From the NCBI RefSeq assembly GCF_009914755.1, contig NC_060935.1: a DNA stretch of 64,000 bases; one strand, 5' to 3'. Below are positions 12,825 through 25,942 of the stretch, one piece after another; position 1 is the stretch's first letter, and the number at the start of each line of letters is the position of its first letter. Source of the DNA: the human T2T-CHM13v2.0 reference genome, Homo sapiens. The notes beneath the pieces were generated by a model. It was not told where the DNA came from. It saw nothing but the letters and a program-made list of their open reading frames with translations, and did no database searches. Both the position numbers and the translations under genes were made by a program.

Positions 12825-13640
12825 CCTCATTCAAAGAGTTATTGAACACTCACTAAGGGGCAAGCACATATATATTTAAATAAATATAGATAAGATACAA
12901 TTTTTTCTTCCATGGAGCTCACATCCTAGAGGTGACAGTGATATTGATGCAATTAAACCAAAAAGACAAAGGGAAATTATAATATGCTGTGATATGTTCT
13001 GTATAACAGTGGAAAGCTCTTAAAAGTTAACAGTGATAAAGGATCAGGAGGCAAAATCTTTCTAAGAAACAGAAACAGCAAATGCAAATACTCAGCATCT
13101 AGCAAAATAATTTTCTTATTTTAGGCAACTTTTAATTAGTTTGGTGTAGCAAGAATATGGAATGAAAAAAGGCTCCTCATGTGATGAGGCTGAAAGCTGA
13201 TTGGGGTCAAATCTAGACATAATGCTTATGAGTTTTGGAATTTATCCTTCAAATGATGTAGAACTTCTGAAGGATTTTTATCATGGAAATAATGGGAACA
13301 GTTTGGGGTGTTATAATATCTTTCAGGCAGTGTGGCAGAAATTGATGAGAAGAGAGAGTGGGATGGACTGGGAAATCTGGTATTAGAGAGGTGACTTTGA
13401 AATCTGCGGAGTTGCTATAAATAAAAAAATAATAGGTGCTGAAGCACTGAAGGTGGAAAATAGAGGAGACAGGTATAAGACATTAACAAGAATGAAATAA
13501 TAAGACCATCGTGGTTAACAAATGGATGTGGGTGTCTGGTTGTGGTGATAAGGAGGTGAAAAAATAGAAATAAACAAGGATGAGATAAAATGCATCTCCC
13601 ATGACATGCCCATAATCTTGTTTTCACTTTAAATGTAATA
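12825..13640 (-). mobile_element. L2 LINE fragment
   Basis: CATTCAAAGAGTTATTGAACACTCACTAAGGGGCAAGCAC...CTTCCATGGAGCTCACATCCTAG (L2 3' end, antisense). Confidence 0.65.
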
Positions 13641-13780
13641 CCCTGGAGATATTAGCAGCCCTTTCCTTATTTTCCCCTACCTCTGCTTTACTTCTATCAA
13701 GGATTAAACCCTACTCTCTCAGTCAGAGTTTTAATGTTTCTCCTATTTCCAGAATACAGCAAACTAGAGAAAAGAACTAA

Positions 13781-14009
<229 letters not shown>

Positions 14010-15124
14010 AAAGTAACTTTAAACTCAGTAAGACTTAGATTTAAGTGACTTTCCCACATATATAGAATGCAAGTAGAATGACACTTTCAAGTCTACTACA
14101 GACAAACGGTTTTTCCTGGGTCAACCCCCTACCCCCTATCAGACCAACCAGTGATACCCCAGGCCTCAGGACTCAGCCCTGAGTTTCAGGGCTTTTAATC
14201 TGCTTCCCTCTAACCTGGAGCAAAGCCATTGCTCACCAACGACTGCTAGGTCATGCTTTTCATATTGATGCTCTTATTCAGATAATGAGGTCTCTATGCC
14301 TAAGATTAGCTTATGTTCACACATTATGCCATAATTCTTATTGTTTAGCTTTGGTTTGGGATCCTTTTACACATGCTTTTTCTTGTAACTTCCTTAGTAT
14401 TTCACACCTATCCTAAGACAATGACAATTTTACCAGGTCTTAGGAAATAAAACACTGCCAGAAATTCTCATCCCGGGGCAGGGAGCTATTTACTTATTTT
14501 TCAAATTTTGCCAAAAAACAATCTTTCTGAAATTCTGAATATCTTCTGATTGCCTTCTCACAAATCATTACAGTCCTTTTGGAGCATCTTGATACCTTTT
14601 GGTTTCCTGATATTGATCATATACCTGAGAAATTAATTTGGGATTAGAATACTCCAACTTGGGTTGGCTGTCTATTGTCAGCCAAGCCTAATTTACTTAT
14701 TCTGTCCTACACTAATCTAGCAATATGCCCCAATCTTTATCTGTTTCATCTTTTTATTACCCAGCAGTCATGCCCTGCTGATATTCACTTTGAGATGTCA
14801 TAGGCATTATCTATACATTTTTTTTTCTCTGGGACAGACTATTAGACATATAGGATGACCCTGAATCATGAAGAGATACACAGAGTAATTCTGAGCATAT
14901 TGCAGATTAAGCAAATATGGTAAGAGTCAATAATAGCATCCACATGGCTTGCTATTTTGCATTTATCTTAACGGAGACTAATTTTGTAAACAGCTGCAGT
15001 AAAGTGTTTGTTTGTAAAATAGTTTAAATTTCTCTAAATTTGAATTTCATTATCCTATGATCTTAAAAATAAAATTCAATATTTCATCTCTTCCAAAGCA
15101 TATCTATTGATTAATCCAAAAATA

Positions 15125-15770
15125 CGTTAGAGGGTGGAGCAAGAACATGGAGACATGGGAAGTCTCATACATTTGCTAGTTGGAAGGAATTTAAAATGAT
15201 ACAGCTGTGTTGGAAAACAGTTTGGTAGTTCCTCAAAAAGTTTAACAAGAGTTACCGTAAGGTACAGCAATTCTACTCCTAAAAAATATATGTTTACACA
15301 AAACTTTGTGTATAAATGTTCGTAGAATTATCTATGACAGCCAAAAAGTGGAAACAACCTAAATGTCTATCAACTGGCAAATGGTAAATAAAATGTGGCA
15401 TATCCATAAAGTGGGACATTATTCATGCCTGAATAGGAAGAAGCACTGATATGTACTACAACATGGATTAACCTTGAAAACATCGCACTAAGTCAAAGAG
15501 GCCACATATTATATGATTCAATTTATAGAAAATATTCAGAAGAGGCGTATTCACAGAGATAGAACACAGATTAATGTTTGCCTAGGGAGGATGGTGAGGG
15601 AAAAGATGACTGACTGCTAATGGGCACAATGTTTCTTTTGGGATCGATAAAAATGTTCTGGAATAAAATAGTGGTTATGTTTAACAACCTTGTAAATATA
15701 CTGAAGCCACTGAATTTTGTACTTTAAAGGTTAAATTTTATAGTATGTGAATTTTATCTCAAAAGAAAAA
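15125..15770 (+). mobile_element. L1MB-type 3' end
   Basis: TTGGAAAACAGTTTGGTAGTTCCTCAAAAAG...GGAAACAACCTAAATGTCTATCAACTG...GTATGTGAATTTTATCTCAA. Confidence 0.85.
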
Positions 15771-16358
15771 ACAGAATAGGTCCAGGATGCAATATAATAA
15801 ATAAAATATTTGGAAATGTCATAAAAAAATCACTGGATTAGAGAATGTTAAAATTAGATATAAATTGAGCCTTATAGCCTTAAATCAAAGTGTGCTAGAT
15901 TTTTATGATATTATTTTTTCCTTTATGATCATGTTATTTTTCTGAAACCTAAAATTAGTTGCAACTTCCTAGAGATTTTCAAGGATTTCTAGACTCTTTC
16001 TTCTGACATATAATTTAAAATTTTAAAGACAAATATGGTTCTATTTGTTCCTACTATATTTCATCTTACTGAATTTAAGCTATTGCTTCAATCTACAAAA
16101 GGAAAATTATCTAAATTCTTCAATTCTCAAAGCTGAAAAAATGTACAATAATATAATCCAATCCCCCCTTTTTTCAGGGATAGAGAGAATAAGGCCTGTG
16201 TATATTAACTGAGCTACTTCCCACCAGTATACAGTTAGTGGCTCCATTGAGTTTATGCTATAGGAAATTTTCCATTAACTCATATTGATTTGTTATTCTG
16301 TCCTTTAGAGAATAGAGATCTTTCCTATATTTTTCAATGTTAACATTTGATAAGCATA

Positions 16359-16808
16359 TGTCTTAATCCGTTTTTATTGTTGCTTATAACAGAATATCTG
16401 AAACTGAATAATTTATTTTAAAACGAAATTTATTTTGTACAATTACGGAGACTGAGAAGTCCAAGGTCAAGAAGCTGCCTCTGATGGGAGCCTTCTTGCT
16501 GAAGGGGACTCTACAGTGTCCAGAGGCTACACAGAATATCATGTGCTGTGGGAGCTAATGTGCCAGCTCAGGTCTCTTTTTCTCTTTTTATAAAGCCTTC
16601 AGCTCCACTCCCATAATAATGCTTTAACCTATTAACCGTTTAATCCATTAATCTACGAGTGGATTAATCCATTCATGAGGGCAAAACCCTGATGATCCAA
16701 TCACCTCTTAAAGGCCCCACGTTTCAATACTGCCACCTTTCCATATCTTTCTACATTTAGGGATTAAGTTTCAACATGAATTTTGGAGGAAACATTCAAA
16801 CCATAGCA
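16359..16808 (-). mobile_element. MaLR solo LTR (MSTB-like)
   Basis: TG...CA ends (TGTCTTAATCCG...AAACCATAGCA); 5-bp TSD GCATA/GCATG. Confidence 0.88.
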
Positions 16809-16894
16809 GCATGTATTACATACATTATACTCTTATTCTAGTTTTTAATTAAATATGATGATTAAGCTGAATATACCAGTGGGGCTGAGATACA

Positions 16895-17390
16895 TGCTCT
16901 GATCCCTGTCCATGTCTCTGATCTCCTCCCCTGACACTCTCCCTCTTAATTATTTTTCTCCAGCCATACACTGGACTCTTGTTTATCTTCTAAGACCTAA
17001 GCATTTTCTGCCTTAGAGACTTTATATTTAATATTCCCTCCATCTGGGAAATGCTTTGCATAGAACTGCGTGTGGTGTGTTACATCACATCATTCATATA
17101 CCTACTCAGAGAACTTTGCTGACCATACTAACTCTCAATTACTCGCCATCCCAAACCCAACTCCCTTCCTTTCCATTCCCTCACAATATTTTTCTTCAGA
17201 GATCTCATTATTACCTAAAGGTTTTTTGTTTTACTTTTTTTTTCTATATTGCCTTTGTCTCTCACTAGAACATGTGTCACTAAGAGAAGCTGAAGGACTT
17301 TGTCTCTTTACCTCTATATCTCCAGCACTTAGAATAGTGCCTGACCCATTTTAGCCCTCACTACATAAGTGTTGAATAAAAGAATTAGTC
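16895..17390 (+). mobile_element. L2a 3' end
   Basis: TCTCCAGCCATACACTGG...TCTCCAGCACTTAGAATAGTGCCTGAC...GTTGAATAAAAGAAT. Confidence 0.75.
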
Positions 17391-18440
17391 ATTTTTATTT
17401 TATAATAGAAGGTTAAAGCCTGAGATTTTGTTTTTAATATTCTGTCCAATAATGATTATTTTGCGTTTACATTTTGTTAGTTGTTTCCACCCTGCAGGGA
17501 CAAGAAGAAAGGAAAGTAGGATATAAGATCCATGAGGTTTCTGATGGTTGAACTTCAAATTTACTAACATCAGCATTGGTTACTAAGAGCCACTGTGGAA
17601 TCTCTATCTGCGTAGGTGTTCATGCAAAAATCAGAAGTATATGTGTATGCTTCTTAGTTGCTGGTTAGAAGATATTTTCAAAATCCTGTGATGTGCTATT
17701 AATCTGGTATATGTATTTTGACTCTTTCCAATAAATTAATGTGACTATGGCAATGAAGCTATTAGACACAAAAATACTGCTTGATAACTTCAAGTACGAG
17801 TAATCCAAAATATACCTTATTAAAGCATTATATTATTCTCAGAGTTTTCCATAATGCATAGATGTCAAAATGCTAATTAGAGCTACTGTTTTCTCATTGT
17901 TTACTTGTCACAGCTAAGGTAATTTCACTGTTTATATGAGAGCAGCAGGCTGTACAATCTTTCTGTCAATTGTTTTTACAATTAGTGACAAATTGTTTTT
18001 TTTTTTTTTGGTTGGAATTAATTTGTTCCCAAGTCTGTTCCAACTGGACATGTTTATGTAAATATACTGGCACCAATTATGTATCAAAAAGAGATTGCTT
18101 TGCCCGGCAGTCTTCGCCCTGAAATATTCCTTCAACTGAAGTCCTGAACTAAACCTCAGTATTAACCATACATTGTGACTTGAATTGATTGAGGAATATC
18201 AGGTATCCCTCTTCCAAGAAAATTACCACAACAATTCACTGATACTGACAATTCTTAAAAATAATGCTTTCCAGGTGATCTTTTAAAAATGCAACATTTC
18301 CTAAAATAGCTTATAGTTTGGTATAAATTAACAGCCCATAGATTATTTTTCTGAAATGAGAGATTCAGATTGTATGAATCATTGGATACCTGTAGGAAAG
18401 ATTGTCACCGTGAATTTAGAAATGGAAACCACAATACTGC

Positions 18441-18800
18441 TGTATCAATTTGCTAGGACTAATATAACAAAGTATCACAAACTCATGGCTTAACCAACAG
18501 AAATTTATTTTTTCACAGTGCTAGAGGTTAGAAATCCAAAATCATGGTGGTGGCAGTGTTAGTTTGTCCTGCAGACTTTAGGAAAAGGATGAATTCAAGG
18601 CCTCTCTCTTTGGCTTGTAGATGGCTGTCTTCCCTGAGTCTCATCACATAATCTTCTCTCTCTGTGTGTCTGTCTCCAAGTTTCCCCTTTATATAGACAC
18701 CAGATAACAATCATATTGGATTAGGGGCCTATCATGCTGCCATATGACTTAACTAACTATATCTGCAAGAACCTATCTCCAAATAAAGTCACTGTCTCTA
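18441..18800 (-). mobile_element. MLT1 (A-C-like) MaLR LTR
   Basis: TGTATCAATTTGCTAGGACTAATATAACAAAGTATCACAAACTCATGGCTTAACCAACAGAAATTTATT...CATATTGGATTAGGGGCC. Confidence 0.8.
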
Positions 18801-20376
18801 TTCACATTAAGTGGAATTTTACATATCAAAATGAATTCCTTGATTTTCATGGTTATTGTGAAATAACCATGAATGCATAATATTTTGAGTAACTGATAAA
18901 ACTTGAATTCTAGTAGGCATATTGGCAAGCCAAAAGACATTAGAAGGGTGTTATGTGCTGAGAAATGCATGCCAAGTCAAGTGACTGTTCAGCATATAAC
19001 AATGCTGTTCCCTGCTGCCAAACAAGTGTCTAACATATGTGCTGACCGAGATTGCTGCCTGGTACGATGTTGCTAGAAAGATACAGTGTCAGAGCGTAGT
19101 GTGAGAGTGTGTTTTGCTTCTCAAACACATGCTGTGGAAAGGAGAATTATTGAACTTTAAGAGCCAATTGTTGGGTGAAATAATTGCTGGGAAACCAGAA
19201 CTGTTGAAAGAACAGCAGTTCATTAAGGCAAACATCTCAGAGGCCAAGAAAGCATCTATGCAGTGGGGGAGAACTTATGTAGCCAGATAGTAGTATCTGT
19301 ATGTGAGAATCATTTTGTGTCTTTCAAATAAATGAGAACCCCAGTGTTCCACGAGGAAGACATAGCTATTAACCATCACCCACTGTGCCTGACTCAAGGG
19401 GGCCAGCTCCTTCCGTAGGCTGATTATTTTTCTGGCTGGGTCAAAAACAGTGTATATGAATTACCAGGATTCTTCATCTTTACATTTGCATTAGCCCTAG
19501 AAAATAAGTAGCGCCCTAAAAATGGAGAAATAGTTTCGATGTAAAATCCTTCGTGGATTCTGATTGGCCCTGCATGATTTCTCTGTTGTCTACCTCACCC
19601 ATTTTAGCTTGTCCCCATCTTTCTCTTCACTGGGCTCTATTTATTACTTCAAATTTCCCATGGTCTTTGCATTCTCCAGTCTTCACATAGCCTAGTGTCC
19701 TTGCCTAGAATGCTCTTCCTCCCCAATTTTTATTAAATTAACTTCTTTTCATTATTTAGACCTGAGTCTACTTAGCAGCTCCTTCAGAAAGCTTTCCCTA
19801 AACTTCAAACTAGGTAAATGATTTGTGTCACATGTTCCCATAGTTTCACTATACTCCTACAGTTATTTGTTGATCTGGAATCTTTTGTCCAACTCTCTCA
19901 GCTGTATGAGAACATAGAGTGTACCTGTCATGTTTAACACCATGTGTCAAGCAGCCAGCCCACTGTCTATTGAGATTATAGTGATTATGCTATCAGAGAA
20001 CTTTGCATTAAAAAAATCCCTGAAATACATCATTATTTATGTAAAATTAATGAAATCAAATCGCCACTTTAAAGGCACTGCAGCTAAAACTCTCTAAAGA
20101 GTAAATGTAAAAGTACTTAGAGAAACTACCTTATAATAATGGCCCATTGATTTATAAATACTGTTTGTATATAAATTATAAGTATTATTAGAATACAAAC
20201 ATCTCTTTTCTCTTTGAGCGAAATGACATTGCATTTTTCCCCTTTATAGCCCCAGAGCATAGTTCAATGTTTTTCATAGACTAAAAATTACAATAAATTA
20301 AGTGAAACAAAAATTATTTGAAAACACTAATCGCTTTATTAAGTAGACAAAGGTGAACTTAAAAATAGATTGAATA

Positions 20377-20648
20377 AGCCAGATGCAGTGGCTCATACCT
20401 ATAATCCCAACAATTTGGGAGGCCAGGCAGGGGGTGGATTCCTTGAGCCCAAGAATTTGAGATCAGACTGAGCAACATGATGAGACTCTGGCTCCACCAA
20501 AATAATTAAGAAAAAAACATTAGCAGGACATGGTGGTGCACACCTGTGGTCCCAGCTACTTTGGGTTGATCACTTGAGCCTGAGAGGTTGAGCTGTGATT
20601 GCAACACTGCACTCCAGTCTGGGTGACAGGCTGTCTCCAAAAAAAAAA
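20377..20648 (+). mobile_element. AluJ with internal deletions
   Basis: Diverged Alu; degenerate TSD AAAAATAGATTGAATAA / AAAAAAAGGTTGAATAA. Confidence 0.9.
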
Positions 20649-20789
20649 GGTTGAATAAATTTAATAATTATATTAATTTAAAGAGTTATCAGAAAACACA
20701 AAGCTATGAATATACCTCTCTTTTCTCCCCATTAGCAATCAATGATACCTACATTAAAACTAGTTTAAGATTTTGGGTTCTGTTAAATC

Positions 20790-21390
20790 ATTTTAAATAG
20801 AGAAAAATATATCAATAATGGTAATAAATATAAACTTGACAGTTAAACAACAGAGATTCTTAGATTTAAAAAATAAAAACTAACAATATTAACAAAATAC
20901 AAACCTTCAATATAAACACATGGAAAGATTAAAAAGAAAATTATAGAGGAAAATGATACTATACAGAAATACTAATCAAACACTGACTTGCATAGGAATA
21001 TTAATATTACATATTTCAATTTTTAAATAAAATCGATATTGGAAAGAAAGTTATTAGATTATAAAAACATTTAACTTACTGTAAAGCTATAACAATTCTA
21101 AATATCTCCAAATAATAAAATGGGTTCATATGATATAAAGCAAACATTAATACAAATTAAATTGGAAAATTGACACATCTACCATTGGAATGAGAGACTT
21201 CAATAAATCTCTCTCCTAAATATTGATAAGTACAATACAGAAAATTAGGAAAGTTATAGAAAATTTGGGGCAATATAATTAAGCTTAATATAAATGGACA
21301 TACATACAACTTTGCGTCAGTTAGAGAATGCCTGTTCTCTCAAACACACTGGAGCAGTTTCAAGATTAATCATGGATTAGGTCTCAAATT
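20790..21390 (+). mobile_element. ancient L1M ORF2 endonuclease-region fragment
   Basis: TATAAACACATGGAAAGATTAAAA, GAGAGACTTCAATAAATCTCTCTC...ATTGATAAG, CAAGATTAATCATGGATTAGGTCTCAAA. Confidence 0.65.
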
Positions 21391-21829
21391 CTGGGATGCA
21401 AGGACGACTCTAGAGTCCACCCTGTGAAACAAGGACCAGCCCAGTCCTCATGCATTAGGAGGTTCAGCCTGGCTTACTTGCGTAAAAATTTCCAAGTTTC
21501 TCCCTTTTGCTCTACGTGTGTTCTTACAAGTTACATTTTTCAGAAAATAAAAATTTTCAGACTGGTCTGGCTGTGTCTGTTTCTTGGAACTAAAAGAGCT
21601 TCGTTAAAATTGAACTTGGTATCGCCCAGAACAGAAGAGTTACGGCACTGAGATTCTGAGAATGAGTGTTGATTATGATGAAGAAGGCTGTGTGACTCCC
21701 AGAAGGTCAGGCATTGGGCTACTTGGTAATCACTGCCGTAGAGAAATGTTTAAGAAAAGTGGTAGGGAGGAGAGTGAGCGGTAGATAATTCCTTGATTTA
21801 GGAAGCCTGCCTTCCTAGCCACTCTCCCC

Positions 21830-22226
21830 TTTAGGCGCTTTGTTTCAGCCACATTGGTGGTGTTTCAATTCCTTGAGCATGGTTTTTACCAGCTTTCAAA
21901 CTTTGAAATAAAGTTTCACATTTGAAATTGTTCTTGGAATGTTCTTACTCCTTCCTCCCGCCAACTTCCTCCCTGAGGCCCCAGCTCAGATGTTACTTTC
22001 TGTGAAAAAACTCCTCGAGAGTTCTACCTAAATGTTTCCCTACTTATTCATTCTTTATTTCGTTCACAGTATCTATCACTGATGCATTTATATGATCTTT
22101 GTTAACCTATATTTTATACATAGTTTATATTTGTTTATTCCACTAGAGAATAAATGTTTTGAAATTAGAAACTATGTGATTTGTTCACCAGTACATATTC
22201 AGTACTTAAAATAGTGCATGGTACAA
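21830..22226 (+). mobile_element. L2 3' fragment (host of the next LTR)
   Basis: CCCCAGCTCAGATGTTACTTTCTGTG...TTGTTCACCAGTACATATTCAGTACTTAAAATAGTGCATGGTAC. Confidence 0.6.
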
Positions 22227-22796
22227 TTTAAGGGTAAAGAGAATTTTCCCTCCTACTCTGAGGATTGAAGCCTGGTGAAATAAGCTGACAATGGATGGTT
22301 TAATAGAAGAAAAGACATACAAATGCATTAATGTGCGTAAGCAGAAGAGCAATACAGAAGATGAGACTCAAAGAAGGCCCAGATGAATGAAACTTAAGTA
22401 GAACCCTCTTCATGGGGGAAGGGAGATTGGAGAATGTAAGCCGTTTTTGAGAAGTATTAAATTATTTTTAAAAGAGATGAATGGGCCCAAAGAGCAGACA
22501 ATAGTTTGTAAATTATTCTCTTTGGACTGAATGGGACCTGCAAGTCATAGGAAAGCTGAGGGGTGGAACTGCACTGTGAACAAAGGTCTTATTATGAAGA
22601 TAAACTCTCCCAGATAATCTCTTGGGGCTGGTCTTAGAATAGATGAAAAGTCTACCTGGATATGGTGAGGACTTTTAGTTTTTTGTCTTCTCTGGAGGTT
22701 AATATTTCCTGGTTATTTAATGAGATTCTTAGGGGTGGGTGGGAATTTTATTTCAAAAGTGTTCAGCATTATGGTATTATCTTATGAGCCCCAACA
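22227..22796 (-). mobile_element. ERV1 solo LTR, MER34/MER39-related
   Basis: Ends GAGCCCCAACA (reverse complement of a TGTTGGGGCTC LTR start); clearly homologous to the LTR at 24645-26091. Confidence 0.75.
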
Positions 22797-24079
22797 ATAT
22801 AATAGATGTAAAGAAGTAAAGCCTGATTGACAGCTCTCAATCCATTAGTAACTGAAGAAGTTAAAAGGATTAACTAAAAGGATTAATTAAATTGATCCAG
22901 GTTCTAGTCTGACTCTCATCCCTGTAAGTTATGACCATGAACAGGCTGTTTAACTTCTCCAAGTCATAGACTCTGTATCTCTAAATTACGGCTGGGGGTG
23001 GATGGGGATATCTTCTTCATAGTCGAATCAAATAAAACAGAATCAAATAAAAAGAGAAATTCTCAATACATTTCAAATATCTAGTACACAAGATAAAATA
23101 TTAATGTTAGTTCAGCCCACTCCACATATCCCCACCTCTACCCCTCCTGCTGTAAGAGATAGGATACAGAGTTATTTCATGATCAATTCCAGTTAGAAAA
23201 GTATAGGAATGCCATCTTTGGTTAAATATAAGGAAGATAGGTCTAATGTTTACTGCTATCTACCAGGAGATAAGACTACTTCAAGAGAAGCATGGATTAG
23301 ATCCCTCCTTGCCTCTGGCCATGTTTAGAAAATGGATGACTACAAAAAGGAAATTCTTTCTTTGTAAAGCAGATGATACTGGACAACCACAAAGGTGATT
23401 TCTAATTTGAAGATTGTATTAGTCTAATCTTTACTAATAAGAGCTGTATTTTTATCCTTTTTATCATTTTTTCTGTCCTTCTTCTGGTTTTATTGTTTTG
23501 AACTTTGATTCTTTGATGTATTGAGCTTTATAACTAAATGCACTACAATTAAGCCTTAAAGTAAACTAGAAATATGCTTTAATTGGATTTACTACAGGCC
23601 AGAGTTTGCTATAATAAGGCAATTGTATCCTGGATTCCAGGCAATAACATTTAGATTCTGAATTGCCAAAAGGAGCTTGGCTTAATGTACTTTATCTTGT
23701 AAGGCAGTATTCCAGCATGAGTTGTCATCTCCGTTGACATCAGGATCTTAGAGACATCCATTGCTAATAAGCACATTAATTAGTAATTATGTAATATCAT
23801 AATTAGCCAGCATATCAATTAAATCCTTAATAATGAATAGTGTACTATATGAGATCATGAACAATTTTATAAATACTCAAATATAATTTCTCAATGTGAA
23901 TTTCAATATATAATTTTGGGGTGAAATAAGGGTTTGCACTGGTAAGAGTATCATGTCACCACACACAAGAAAAACGTCTGAATTTACAACTATCACTGTG
24001 ATATTTGATATTTTGTGGTATTTAAAGTTAAATTCCTGACTCTACTGCATGAAAAGATTTATGAAGGATAAACGGTGAG

Positions 24080-24280
24080 GATCCAAATTTTTCAAAGTTT
24101 GCTCCAGAGACAATACTATCACCAGCATCATAATTACACAGGGTCCTTAATGAAAATTTAGGCATTTCAACTCTTCCTAAGAGCTATTGGCTAGAAATGT
24201 TTTGGATTGCCTAAGAACCTGTCTTTTTACCAATGCCCTAGATGAATTCTGCAAACATCACAGTTTTGAAACTCATTGTA
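24080..24280. mobile_element. MER5-like DNA transposon
   Basis: TTTTCAAAGTTTGCTCCAGAGAC...CCAGCATCATAATTAC...GATGAATTCTGCAAAC...TTTGAAACTCATTG. Confidence 0.55.
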
Positions 24281-24680
24281 CTAAAATATAGCTGAAGATA
24301 ATATATGAGAACATAAGCAAATTGACTGTACTTAAAATGATGACTCAGGTGAGTAGATTTTTAAAGTAATGTAAAGAACTAAAATACTTTTATGGGTGAT
24401 TCTCATCTTATAATATTATTTTGAAGGTGCGTAATCCTGTGGCAGAAGCAAAACAGTTTCGTCCGGGCAGAAGGCACTGTAGAGGGGAAGAAACTATTAC
24501 CTGAGGGACTAAATAAAAATTAATTAATATATGGATATTGAAAATACAGATAAGCTGCAAAGTAAAGCTTGCTAATACTGAGAGCCATCAAGTTCAAATT
24601 GGAATTTAGGTTTTATGGAATATTTAGCATGTGGTGATTAAAAATGTAGGTGCAGAGGAAAAGCTTCCCATTCACTCTCT

Positions 24681-24951
24681 TTTTTTGATTGTTTGTTTGT
24701 TTGTTTTTGTTTTTTGAGACAGGGTCTCACCCCATTGCCCAGGCTAGAATGGATTGTCACAGTCATGGATCACTGCAGCTTCGACCTCCTGGGTTCAGGT
24801 GATTCTCCCACCTCAGCCTCCTGAGTAGCTGGAAGTATAATAACATATCTTCACGCCTGGCTATTTTTTTCAAACTCCTGTGCTCAAGTGACCCACCTGC
24901 CTCAGCCTCCCAAAGTGCTGGGATTATAGGTGTGAGCCACCAGGTCCAGCC
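24681..24951 (-). mobile_element. AluJ (internal deletion)
   Basis: (GTTT)n tail, GAGACAGGGTCTCAC..., CCCAAAGTGCTGGGATTATAGG. Confidence 0.9.
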
Positions 24952-25485
24952 CCATTAACCCTTTCTGAAGGTTCACTAGAATGACTGACAATAGACAGAT
25001 GAATAGGAGAAAAAGTCATATAAATGTATTTACATATATATGGACATGGAGTCCTGCAAATATGATACTCAAACCAAGGCCAGATGGTTGAGGCTTAAAT
25101 CCCCTCTTCCATCTTAGAGTGAAATGGGGGTCTGTCAGTAATTTTAGGGGTAGTAAATAATTTTCAGATAAAATGAATAAGCCCAAAGAAGAATGGCCAG
25201 AAACAAAGTTCTTCTGCACCCTGGGGCAGGTGGTGGGAAGGTGAGGGGTAAACTTCACTGTGAAGAAAGTTTGTGTTTTCATGCAAATAAAGACTCCCAG
25301 ATAATCAGAATTGCCCTTAGAAGAATAGATGAAAAGTCTGTTTGCAGTTGCTGACAGTTTTTAGTTTATTTTCTGTAGTAGTTCATCTTTCCTACTTATT
25401 TCATGAGATTCCTATGATGGGGGTCTCCAGACAATTACATTTATTTTACAAACAAGGCGTGTTCGTCAGATAAAAAAAAAATCCA

Positions 25486-25772
25486 GGCTGGGCATGGTAG
25501 CTTATGCCTGTAATCTAGCACTTTGGAAGGCCGAGAAGGGAGGATCACTTGTGCCTCGGAGTTTGAGACCATCCTGGGCAACATAGTGAGATCCTGTCTC
25601 TACAAAAAAAAAAAAAAGCCAGTCATGTTGGCATGCACCTGTAGTTCCAGGTACTTAAGAGGCTGATGCAGGAGGATCACTTGAGCCTGGTAGGTCAAGG
25701 CTGCCATGAGCTGTGATTACACCATTGCAGTCCAGCCTGAGTGGCAGAGGAAGACCTTGTCTCAAAAAAAAA
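25486..25772 (+). mobile_element. AluJ
   Basis: GGCTGGGCATGGTAGCTTATGCCTGTAATC...GGAGGATCACTTGAGCC...poly(A). Confidence 0.92.
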
Positions 25773-25942
25773 TTATATAAATTATATATGTGTATGTGGA
25801 GATATATATATGTGTGTGTATATATATGTATGTGTGTGTATATATATACATATATACACACACATACATACACACAGACACACACACATATATATATATA
25901 TATCCAGAGATATATATATCCAGAGATATATATATCCAGAGA
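25773..25942. repeat. compound (TA)/(TG)/(CA) microsatellite ending in 3 x TATATATATCCAGAGA
   Basis: Read directly from sequence. Confidence 0.9.
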
